Below, one piece after another: positions 19,901-29,823 of a stretch of DNA of 64,000 nucleotides (position 1 is its first letter; every line of letters starts with the position of its first letter). The stretch is from the NCBI GenBank assembly GCA_963725865.1, contig CAVSAC010000012.1:672001-736000 (forward strand). The letters are read 5' to 3'. The DNA comes from Candidatus Eiseniibacteriota bacterium. Lineage in GTDB: Bacteria > Eisenbacteria > RBG-16-71-46. The translations under genes and the position numbers were made by a program. The notes beneath the pieces were generated by a model. The model did not search any database. It worked only from the letters and a program-made list of their open reading frames with translations, and was not told the DNA's origin.

Positions 19901-21193
19901 ACGACACTGACGGCCACGCAGCTGCGGAGCGGGAATGACCCGGGCCCCACGACCAAGATCAAGCTGGCATGGCCAAGCCTGCCGAGTGGGTCCACGATCG
20001 AGGTCTGGCGCGCGGGCCACGGGAACTACCCCGAGTACAACGACGCGCCCCAAGCCGGCTCGCCGCCGACGGTACCCTCGGCATACCCGCCGGAGTCAGC
20101 GACGTGGACCAAACTGCCGGCGATCCAGCACCCGAATGACCTCGATGCGCCTTCGGCGCGGGACTTCTACTACTACATCGCCTACGTGACCGACCAGTAC
20201 GGCACGCGGTCGCCGGTCTCCGGGCTGTCGGCCGGGGCACTCAACTACTTCCTGGGTGACGTGACCGACGGCGTGACGCCCGGAGTGGGCAACAATGTCG
20301 TGAACGGACTGGACGTCTCGGTGCTGGGCGCTCACTACGGGGTCGCGCTGGTTGCGAGCGATCCGCTGGGATTCCTGGACGTCGGGCCGACTGACACGCG
20401 GCTACCGATCGGACTGCCGCAGACCGACAACGTGCTCGAGTTCGAGGACCTGGTGATCTTCGCGCTGGACTTTGGCCGCGCGTCGGTACCGCAAACCAAG
20501 GCCGAGCCGGCGGTGGCGGTGGCGAGCAGCGACGGAATCGTGCTCGAGCGACCGGAGGCCGTGGCGCTGGGGGACCTCGTGACCGCGACGCTGACGCTGC
20601 GCGGCACCGGGACGCTGCGGGCGCTGTCCACCAGGCTGGCATGGGATCCGGCGGTGGTCGAGCCGGTGGGGCACGCCGCGGGTGAGTGGCTGACCGCGCA
20701 CGACGGCGTGGCGTTCTCGGCCCGGCTCGGGACGGTGGATGCGGCGGTGCTGGGGGCGGCGGGGATGAGCGGGGAAGGGGTGCTGGCGACGGTGAGCTTC
20801 AAGGTGCTGGCGGCCGGCGATCCGAAGATCCGGATCGAGGCGCTGGACGGTCGCGACGGCGCGAACCAGAAGGTGACGCCGGTCAGGTCGGAGCGGCTGG
20901 TGGCGCGGGTGCCGACGGTGACCCGGTTGGCGCTGGCGCAGCCGAACCCATTCCGCGGGGAGGCGGTGCTGGGCTTCAGCCTGGCGCAGCGCAGTGAGGT
21001 GGAGTTGGCGCTGTACTCGGTGGACGGACGGCGGGTGCGGACGTTGGTCAGCGGGCTGCGCGAGCCGGGCGAGTACCGGCCGCGGTGGGATGGCCGCGAC
21101 GACCACGGGTCCCACGCCGCGGCAGGCGTGTACTACGTGCAGCTGGTGGCCGGCAAGCGCCACTTCACCCACAAGCTGGTGTACCTGAGGTAG
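16991..21193 (+). CDS. Giant secreted protein C: Ig-like, Cys-cohesin-like, ~10 InlB-B/Flg_new-like repeat domains, X module, dockerin-like, cohesin-like, FlgD-Ig tail
   Basis: GGAGG RBS; signal peptide; 71-aa repeats YTLTV...Y.YG.VVTLTAT...GWTF.GF.G...V.IDGNKSVTATF; shared C-terminal cassette ending HKLVYLR. Confidence 0.87.
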   Translation: MLSSRTRFGARLASIALLVAVMLVTCGATAWAANHTITASAGTGGSIDPGGAVSVSDGADQTFAIAADVGYAITDVLVDGVSQGPIASYTFTNVTTDHTIAASFAAPGTIDVGAAPGPILASTDHVTVPFTITRSGSSPALMAFSVVFKVSEPLVLPAGKNSVHRGAFLPGTNFQVIDRGMVGSDHLYQADASTLGSPCGTDALSGTLFTIDLNASHSGTGTVSIESVKLRDCENGVIPSITGTSASVLADLTVTLTVTKDGSGTVTQDPEPVLGKYEKGTVVTLTATPAAGWTFGAFSGAVTGGSPATVTMDGDKSVTATFTQNSYTLTVVKVGNGTVVKDPEQASYHYGDVVTLTATADAGWTFAGFTGDASGGSPLAVTIDGNKSVTATFTQNSYTLTVVKVGNGTVVKDPEQASYHYGDVVTLTATADAGWTFAGFTGDASGGSPLAVTIDGNKSVTATFTQNSYTLTVVKVGNGTVVKDPEQASYHYGDVVTLTATADAGWTFAGFTGDASGGSPLAVTIDGNKSVTATFTQNSYTLTVVKVGNGTVVKDPEQASYHYGDVVTLTATADAGWTFAGFTGDASGGSPLAVTIDGNKSVTATFTQNSYTLDVTVVGSGAVAKAPSQASYHYGDVVTLTATADAGWTFAGFTGDASGGSPLAVTIDGNKSVTATFTQNSYTLTVVKVGNGTVVKDPEQASYHYGDVVTLTATADAGWTFAGFTGDASGGSPLAVTIDGNKSVTATFTQNSYTLTVVKVGNGTVVKDPEQASYHYGDVVTLTATADAGWTFAGFTGDASGGSPLAVTIDGNKSVTATFTQNSYTLTVVKVGNGTVVKDPEQASYHYGDVVTLTATADAGWTFAGFTGDASGGSPLAVTIDGNKSVTATFTQDSYSLTVATVGNGTVNLVPSGGSYTYGTVVSVSAVPATGWHFDSWSGHLTGSTNPTSLTMDGNKSITATFVVNPDVLPTTLTATQLRSGNDPGPTTKIKLAWPSLPSGSTIEVWRAGHGNYPEYNDAPQAGSPPTVPSAYPPESATWTKLPAIQHPNDLDAPSARDFYYYIAYVTDQYGTRSPVSGLSAGALNYFLGDVTDGVTPGVGNNVVNGLDVSVLGAHYGVALVASDPLGFLDVGPTDTRLPIGLPQTDNVLEFEDLVIFALDFGRASVPQTKAEPAVAVASSDGIVLERPEAVALGDLVTATLTLRGTGTLRALSTRLAWDPAVVEPVGHAAGEWLTAHDGVAFSARLGTVDAAVLGAAGMSGEGVLATVSFKVLAAGDPKIRIEALDGRDGANQKVTPVRSERLVARVPTVTRLALAQPNPFRGEAVLGFSLAQRSEVELALYSVDGRRVRTLVSGLREPGEYRPRWDGRDDHGSHAAAGVYYVQLVAGKRHFTHKLVYLR
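17960..19663 (+). repeat. Tandem array of 8 x 213-bp coding repeats
   Basis: Unit starts at 17960, 18173, 18386, 18599, 18812 (variant unit), 19025, 19238, 19451. Confidence 0.95.
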
Positions 21194-21457
21194 GTAAGAG
21201 CTGTGCCCAGGCGGGCGGACCCGAGCTCCGCAGCAGCTGCGAATCGGCGGCCGCCCGCCGGGAGCGACTCATTCCGACCCGCCAAGCTCGGCTGCGGATA
21301 CCGGAGGGCCGTGAGCGTGCTGCCCACCAGACGAGCGATGCCCGGGGAAGACGCTGACGTCCCGATGTCATGGAATCTTGTAGTCGGTCTCCAAGCGTGG
21401 GAAACTCTCATGCAAGGTCGCATCGTGTCCAAACCCACGATTGGTTGCCGCTAGTCG

Positions 21458-21866
21458 CCGAGCCCCCTGCTCGGTGGTCCGAGCCCCCCGCTCCTCTCCG
21501 TCAACTACTGCGATCGCGTAGTGCACAGACGCGGTTCTCCCACGAACCGCGACCCGGTGCAGTCTCGGGCACATCGCTTAGACCCTGATCTTCTTTGGGA
21601 AACGACCTCATGCCGCGCTGGGCCGCAACCTCGATTCCTCCGTGCATAGCGCGTCCCTGCGGGGCAGCGCCTTCCCCTCCTCATGTCGACCGGCGGCTGA
21701 GCCACACCTCGCCGCCGGCGGATTCCCGTTGTCACTCTCGGCGCGCGGGGGCGGCGTGGCCGCGCGCGAGCGCGCGCCGGCTCCTCATACCCCCGCCGAT
21801 GACAAGGCCTGTTCCATTTCCCTCCTCGGGCATGCCCAGCATGCGTCCGCTCAATTCGGAGGCACT
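21458..21866 (+). ncRNA. Second copy of the candidate structured leader (two C-loop hairpins plus homologous block)
   Basis: CCGAGC-CCCCT-GCTCGG and GAGC-CCCCC-GCTC, then sequence alignable to 16654-16990. Confidence 0.5.
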
Positions 21867-24800
21867 GTGAACATCCTCGGTACGCGTTTCGGGACGAAGC
21901 TTGCGCTCGTCGCGTGCATGGTAGCCGTGCCGCTTGGAGGTTTCGTTGCGTCGGCATCGGCGGCAGTGCTGCTCAATGAGGGATTCAACTACAGGCCTGG
22001 TACAGCACTGACCGCCACGACAACTGGACTGCGCACAGTGCCGCAGGCACGAATGCGATCGTGACAACATCGCCAGGTCTCTCGTACGCCGGCTATTCCT
22101 CTCCGAACATCGGAAATGCGGTCACGCTGACCACCAGCGGCGAGGACGACAACCGTGCGTTCACGGCGCAGACCGCGGGGAGTGTCTATTGCTCATTCCT
22201 GGTGAACGTAGCTGCGGCCAAGACGGCGGGCGACTACTTCCTGCACTTTGGCTCCAGCAGCTTCCATGGCCGAGTGTGGTGCAAGCGGGACGCGTCCAAT
22301 AATCTGGCTTTTGGCCTATCCAAGTTCTCCACCACAGCCTCCTACACCGGTTTCACTTACGCGCTGAATACGACTTACCTAGTCGTCGTCAAGTACACGT
22401 TCAACACCGGCAGTACGACTGACGACGTTGTCAGCCTCTTCATCAATCCGGTGGTGGGGGGCGCTGAGCCCTCCCCAACCGTGACCTTGACTGAAACGGC
22501 GAGCACTGATGCTACGAGCCTTGCAGCAATCGCTCTCCGGCAGGGGACTGCCACCGACGCCCCTAATGCCGTCCTCGACGGAATCCGTGTAGGCACGACC
22601 TGGTCCGACGTCGTCGCGAGCGGCGGCTCACTGGCAGGCTGGTGGCCCATGAACCAGGGGGGCACCGGTCTCTTTGTCCCGGACTCCACGGCCAACAACA
22701 ACGCGAACCTCAATGGCAGTACAGGGACTTGGGTGCCGGGCGTCGACGGTAACGCCGTGTCCATCAGCGGTGGTCAGTACGCGGTCACGGGCGCCAATCC
22801 CGCCTCGCTCAATGCCACGAGAGAAGTGACTGTCGCCGCGTGGATCAAGGTCCCTGCGGCTGGGACGATGCCGGTGATTGCGAAGGAGGTCTACGGCTCG
22901 GGGACTCCCATCACCACTCCGGGCTACGCGTTGGACCTGGGATCGGGTGGTCAGCCCTTCTTCAGGCTCGACAACAACACACCCGCACCCACAGCAGGCG
23001 CTGGCAGGCTCAACGGCGCCAAGTCGTATCCGACCGACGGCCGCTGGATCCACGTGGCTGCGACGTATGACGGCTCCACCATGAAGCTCTACGCCAACGG
23101 CGTGCTGGATGTCACGTGGAACAGATCCATCCCCCTCCCGACCAACACCGTAGCGCTAGCCATAGGCGCCCAAAGCACCGGGGAGACTGGCCGCTTCTTT
23201 TCGGGCTCGATTGACGACGCCCGGGTCTACACGTACGCGCTCAGCGCGAGCGAGATCGCGGCGCTTGTGGTGCACCCGCTGAACGTGACGATCGTTGGCA
23301 CGGGCACGGTGAGTAAGAGCCCGGACCAGGCGGCGTACGATCACGCAACAGTCGTGACGCTGACCGCGACGCCGACAGGTGGCGCGACATTCGTCGGCTG
23401 GAGTGGGGACACCAGCACCACGAACAATCCGATCACGGTCGCGATGAATCGGACGAGGAACATCACCGCGACCTTCGCCGTGGGCTCGCACACGATCACG
23501 GTGAATGCCGGGGCGAATGGGACGATTACGCCGCCCGGGCCGATTGTGACTGTAAGCGACGGCGCAAACCAGACCTTCGCGATCGCCGCGAACCCTGGCT
23601 ACCACACAGACGACGTGCTCGTGGATGGTGGCACCGTCGGTGCAGTGACCAGCTACACTTTCACGAACGTCACGACCGACCACACAATCGCGGCGACATT
23701 CGCGGCCGATCCGCCGAGTTGGTGGCCCGTTGGCGCATGGAAGGCGACCTCGCGGATGCCACGGGCAACGGCTTTGGCGCCACGCCCGCTGGCAGCCCGA
23801 GCCCGGGGTACGGCACTGGCATCGAGGGTGCGCAGGCGCTCTCGCTGGATGGAACGAGCCAGTATGCATTCGTGCCCCACAGCGACGCGCTCAACATGAG
23901 CAACGCGATCACGCTCGCCGCGTGGGTCAAGCCCGCGCAGGGGGCGACCCAAGACGTGATCGAGAAGGGCCTCAGCTCGGGGACTAGCGGGTACGAGCTC
24001 AACCTCGCGCAGCCTCCAGCCGCCAGCACCGGGACAGCGTTCGTTCGGTTCAACGGCACCGTTGGTCCCAGGCTCAATGCCAGCTCGCTGTACCCGACTG
24101 ATGGCAACACCTGGATGCACGTGGCCGCCACGTACGACGGAGCCACGGTCAAGATGTACGTGAATGGCGTACTGGAGACCCAGGCAACCAGCGCCTTCAC
24201 CATCGCCGGCAATACGCTGCCCCTGGGCATCGGAGCCGAATACACGGGCAGCTCGGCTTCGAGATACCTGAAGGGTGGGGTCGACGACGCCCGCGTCTAC
24301 AACTACGCGCTGACGGCCGGCGACGTTGCCGCCCTGGCCAGCCACACGCTGACCGTGACGACGGTCGGGAGCGGCACGGTCGGCAAGTCGCCCGCGGACC
24401 AGCCGACCTACACCCACAACACGATCGTGACCCTGACGGCGAACCCGGGCCCCGGCTACCTCTTCGTGGGTTGGACCGGCGACACCACGGGCTCAGGCGG
24501 TTCCCTCACGCTGCCCATCAACAGGGACCGGAGCATCACCGCGACCTTTGCTCCCGACAACTTCACACTGACCACTGACGCGGCTCCGCCCGAGGGCGGC
24601 TTGGTGACGCGGGACCCGGACCTGCCGAGCTACCCCTCGGGCACCGTGGTGTCCCTGACGGCGGCGCCGAGCGCGGGCTTCCGGTTCGACCACTGGAGTG
24701 GTGGGACGACGGGCACGGAGAATCCGGTCTTGGTGACGATGGACGCGAGCAAGTCGGTCACCGCCCACTTCGTGCGGGTTTACACCCTGACAACCGCAGT

Positions 24801-27800
24801 GGATCCCGTAGGGGGCGGCTCGGTGGGACGGAGCTCGCCGGGGCCCAGCTACGACGTGGGGACCGTGGTATCGCTGACGGCGACGGCGACCGGAGGCTGG
24901 CATTTCGTGGAGTGGAGTGGAGGCGCCTCCGGAGCCGTCAATCCGCTGGAAGTGACGATGGACGCGGACAAGTCCATCACTGCGAAGTTCGCTGTGAGTC
25001 AGTACAAGATCACGGCTAGCGCCGGGACGGGCGGCACCATCAGTCCGGTCGGCGATGTCATGGTGAACCCGGGCGCGGATCAGGCCTTCACCATCACGGC
25101 GAATGATGGCTACGCGCTCTCGCAGGTACTAGTGGACGGTGCTCCGCAGGGGCCGGTGGCCACCTATACCTTCACGAACGTCACGGCCGACCACACCATC
25201 GCGGCCAGTTTCGTGTCCGCCGGCACCATCAACGTCGGCGCGCCCTCGGGGCCGATCTTGGCCTCGACCGACCACGTCACGGTGCCGTTCACCATCGCGC
25301 GCAGTAGCTCGGACCCGCCGCTGATGGCATTCAGCGTGCAATTCAAGGTCTCCGAGCCGTTGGTGCTGCCTGAGGGCAAGCTCAGCATCCACCGGGGCAC
25401 CTTCTTGCCCGACGGCTACAGCTTCCAGCTCATCGACAATGGCGTGGTCGGCGGCTACCACCTCTACCAGGTCGACGCCTCGACGCTGGGTGAGCCCTGC
25501 GGCACGGACGCCTTGAGCGGCACGCTCTTCACCGTCGATCTGAACGCCACGCACAGCGGAACGGGGACCGTCTCGATCGAAAGCGTGAGACTGCGCAACT
25601 GCCAGAACGGGGACATCACCCCGAGCATCGGGACGTCTGCGAGCGTGCTGGCGGACCTGACCGTGACGTTGACGGTCACCAAGGACGGCAGTGGCACCGT
25701 GACGCAGGACCCGGAACCGGTGCTCGGCAAGTACGAGAAGGGCACGGTGGTGACGCTGACGGCGACGCCGGCGGCGGGCTGGACGTTTGGAGCGTTCAGC
25801 GGGGCCGTGACGGGTGGCAGCCCGGCGACCGTGACGATGGACGGCGACAAGAGTGTGACCGCGACGTTCACGCAGAACAGCTACACGCTGACGGTGGTGA
25901 AGGTCGGCAACGGGACGGTGGTGAAGGACCCGGAGCAGGCGAGCTACCACTACGGTGACGTGGTGACGCTGACCGCGACCGCGGACGCCGGCTGGACGTT
26001 CGCGGGGTTCACTGGCGACGCGAGCGGTGGCAGTCCGCTGGCGGTGACGATCGACGGCAACAAGAGCGTGACGGCGACGTTCACCCAGAACAGCTACACG
26101 CTGACGGTGGTGAAGGTCGGCAACGGGACGGTGGTGAAGGACCCGGAGCAGGCGAGCTACCACTACGGTGACGTGGTGACGCTGACGGCGACCGCGGACG
26201 CCGGCTGGACGTTCGCCGGGTTCACTGGCGACGCGAGCGGTGGCAGTCCGCTGGCGGTGACGATCGACGGCAACAAGAGCGTGACGGCGACGTTCACGCA
26301 GAACAGCTACACGCTGACGGTGGTGAAGGTCGGCAACGGGACGGTGGTGAAGGACCCGGAGCAGGCGAGCTACCACTACGGTGACGTGGTGACGCTGACC
26401 GCGACCGCGGACGCCGGCTGGACGTTCGCGGGGTTCACTGGCGACGCGAGCGGCGGCAGTCCGCTGGCGGTGACGATCGACGGCAACAAGAGCGTGACGG
26501 CGACGTTCACGCAGAACAGCTACACGCTGACGGTGGTGAAGGTCGGCAACGGGACGGTGGTGAAGGACCCGGAGCAGGCGAGCTACCACTACGGTGACGT
26601 GGTGACGCTGACCGCGACCGCGGACGCCGGCTGGACGTTCGCCGGGTTCACTGGCGACGCGAGCGGCGGCAGTCCGCTGGCGGTGACGATCGACGGCAAC
26701 AAGAGCGTGACGGCGACGTTCACGCAGAACAGCTACACGCTGACGGTGGTGAAGGTCGGCAACGGGACGGTGGTGAAGGACCCGGAGCAGGCGAGCTACC
26801 ACTACGGTGACGTGGTGACGCTGACGGCGACCGCGGATGCCGGCTGGACGTTCGCCGGGTTCACTGGCGACGCGAGCGGTGGCAGTCCGCTGGCGGTGAC
26901 GATCGACGGCAACAAGAGCGTGACGGCGACGTTCACGCAGAACAGCTACACGCTGACGGTGGTGAAGGTCGGCAACGGGACGGTGGCCAAGGACGCCGGA
27001 GCCAGGCGAGCTACCACTACGGTGACGTGGTGACGCTGACGGCGACCGCGGATGCCGGCTGGACGTTCGCCGGGTTCACTGGCGATGCGAGCGGCGGCAG
27101 TCCGCTGGCGGTGACGATCGACGGCAACAAGAGCGTGACGGCGACGTTCACGCAGAACAGCTACACGCTGACGGTGGTGAAGGTCGGCAACGGGACGGTG
27201 GTGAAGGACCCGGAGCAGGCGAGCTACCACTACGGTGACGTGGTGACGCTGACGGCGACCGCGGATGCCGGCTGGACGTTCGCGGGGTTCACTGGCGATG
27301 CGAGCGGTGGCAGTCCGCTGGCGGTGACGATCGACGGCAACAAGAGTGTGACGGCGACGTTCACGCAGGACTCCTACAGCCTGACCGTGGCCACGGTCGG
27401 GAATGGCACGGTGAATCTGGTGCCGCCGGGCGGCAGCTACACGTACGGGACGGTGGTGTCGGTGAGCGCGGTTCCGGCGACCGGCTGGCACTTCGACAGC
27501 TGGAGCGGACACCTCACCGGCAGTACGAATCCGACCTCGCTGACCATGGATGGGAACAAGAGCATCACGGCGACGTTCGTGGTCAACCCCGACGTCCTGC
27601 CCACGACACTCACGGTCAACCAGCTCAGGACCGGGAACGGGCCGGGCAATACTTGCAAGGTCTCGATCAGCTGGCCGGCACTGCCAGGCGGCTCGACGCT
27701 CGAGCTGTGGCGCGCCAGCTACGGGCACTATCCGGAATTCGACGACGGCGGTGGTTCGCCGGTGACGACGTATCCGCCGGAGGCGCGGTGGACGTCGATC

Positions 27801-28883
27801 GCCACGCACCTGACCGGCACGACTTACCTCGATGCGCCGTCGCTGCGTGACTACTACTACTACGTGGCCTATGTCACGGATACCTACGGGACGCGCTCGC
27901 CGGTATCGAACCAGCCTGCCGCGCTCGACTACTTCCTGGGTGACGTGACCAACGGCGTGACGCCCGGAGTGGGAGACAATGTCGTGAACGGGCTGGACGT
28001 CTCGGTTCTGGGCGCTCACTACGGGGTCGCGCTGGTGCCGGCGAGCGACCCGCTGGGCTACATCGACGTCGGGCCGACAGCGACGCACCTGCCGACCGGC
28101 CTGCCGCTCACGGACAACGCGCTCGACTTCGAGGACCTGGTGATCATCGCAATCAACTACGGCGGAGTCTCGGCGCCGCAGCTGCGCGCGGGGCCAGCGG
28201 CGGTGGCGGTGGCGAGCAGCGATGGAATCGTGCTCGAGCGGCCGGAGGCCGTGGCGCTGGGGGACCTCGTGACCGCGACGCTGACGCTGCGCGGCAGCGG
28301 GACGCTGCGGGCGCTGTCCACCAAGCTGGCATGGGACCCGGCGGTGGTCGAGCCGGTGGGACACGCCGCGGGTGAGTGGCTGACCGCGCACGACGGCGTG
28401 GCGTTCTCGGCCCGGCTCGGGACGGTGGATGCGGCGGTGCTGGGGGCGGCGGGGATGAGCGGGGAAGGGGTGCTGGCGACGGTGAGCTTCAAGGTGCTGG
28501 CGGCCGGCGATCCGAAGATCCGGATCGAGGTGCTGGACGGTCGCGACGGCGCGAACCAGAAGGTGACGCCGGTCAAGTCGGAGCGGCTGGTGGCGCGGGT
28601 GCCGACGGTGACCCAGTTGGCGCTGGCGCAGCCGAACCCCTTCCGCGGGGAGGCGGTGCTGAGCTTCAGCCTGGCGCAGCGGGGTGAGGTGGAGTTGGCG
28701 CTGTACTCGGTGGACGGACGGCGGGTGCGGACGTTGGTCAGCGGGCTGCGCGAGCCGGGCGAGTACCGGCCGCGGTGGGATGGCCGCGACGACCACGGGT
28801 CCCACGCCGCGGCGGGTGTGTACTACGTGCAGCTGGTGGCCGGCAAGCGCCACTTCACCCGCAAACTGGTGTACCTGAGGTAA
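21867..28883 (+). CDS. Giant secreted protein D (~2340 aa if joined), split by 3 frameshifts (~22020, ~23715, ~26995): N-terminal beta-sandwich, 2 LamG, InlB-B-like repeats, Cys-cohesin-like, X module, dockerin-like, cohesin-like, FlgD-Ig tail
   Basis: GGAGG plus GTG at 21867 with signal peptide; ORFs 21642, 22061, 23719 and 27027 abut with continuous domain sequence; 3' half is paralogous to gene C. Confidence 0.78.
25873..27365 (+). repeat. Tandem array of 7 x 213-bp coding repeats (6th unit carries +2 nt)
   Basis: Unit starts at 25873, 26086, 26299, 26512, 26725, 26938, 27153; same unit as 17960-19663. Confidence 0.93.
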
Positions 28884-28970
28884 GGAATCCGCCCGCGCGG
28901 GCGGCCACGAGCTCCGCACTCGGTCGCGGACCGGGGCCGCCCGTCGTGGGCAGTGCGGCGGGAGGAAGCG

Positions 28971-29795
28971 ATGAAACTGCGAAGGTGCACAAAGGCCGCG
29001 CTGGTGGTGGCTGTGCTGGGGGCCGGCGTGCCTGCGACTCACGCTTCCACGAACGCTGCGGGGGTTACGGTGGGGCTCACGCCGGCGACCCAACAGGTGA
29101 CTCCCGGGGCGGTGTTCGACCTCTACATCGAGGTGACGCAGGCCGGCGATCCGTTCAATGGCTTCGATGCGGTGGTCGGCTACGACCCGACGGCACTCAC
29201 GCTGGTGCCCCTGTCGCCGCTGTCGCTTCAAGAGGGCGCGTACATGACAGGTGCGTGCGGGAATACCTTCCACCGCTTCAGGCCCGGCGCGAGCACGGAC
29301 ACCATCACGGACGTGCTGCTGTGCAACGGCGTCGCACTGACGGGACCCGGGCAGATCTACCACTTGCGCTTTCAGGCTTCGACCGAGCAGCAGGTGACGA
29401 CGGTGCGTTTCCTGCCGGGCCTGGAGTTCTACAACGCCGGAATTTACGTGAGGCCCGCCTACACGACGGACGCCCGAATCGGCATCGGGATGCCGGTGAG
29501 CGTCGGCGCGTCGGGCTCGGTGCGTGTGTCGCTGGCGGTCGCGCCCAATCCCAGTCCCGGAAGCCTCGTTTTCACGATCGGCTCCGACCGCGCGGGGCCC
29601 GAGTCCCTCACCGTGTTCGACCTGCAGGGCCGCGTGGTGCGCCGGTTCGCGGGGACACGCTCCGGGCCTGGGGTCCACACGGTTACCTGGGATGGCCTCA
29701 GCGAGGCCGGCGTGAGGCTCGCGCCGGGGGTGTATCTGGCCAGGCTCGAAGTCGCGGGCCGGTCGGTGTGGAACCGGGTGACGCTGATTCGCTGA
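28971..29795 (+). CDS. Small secreted cohesin-like domain protein with FlgD-Ig/T9SS-like tail
   Basis: GGAGGA plus ATG at 28971; signal peptide; V.PG..FDL.I.V...FNGFD.VVGYDPTAL...GPGQIY.LRF pattern; tail APNP..VFDLQGRVVR..WDG..PGVYLARL. Confidence 0.75.
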   Translation: MKLRRCTKAALVVAVLGAGVPATHASTNAAGVTVGLTPATQQVTPGAVFDLYIEVTQAGDPFNGFDAVVGYDPTALTLVPLSPLSLQEGAYMTGACGNTFHRFRPGASTDTITDVLLCNGVALTGPGQIYHLRFQASTEQQVTTVRFLPGLEFYNAGIYVRPAYTTDARIGIGMPVSVGASGSVRVSLAVAPNPSPGSLVFTIGSDRAGPESLTVFDLQGRVVRRFAGTRSGPGVHTVTWDGLSEAGVRLAPGVYLARLEVAGRSVWNRVTLIR

Positions 29796-29823
29796 GGCTA
29801 CTCCACCACGGGAAAGGCACCGC

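Noticed and set aside
17960..27365. 213-bp tandem arrays as CRISPR or non-coding satellite
   Set aside because: No unique spacers, unit length is a multiple of 3, the units encode in-frame 71-aa domains, and no cas genes are present.
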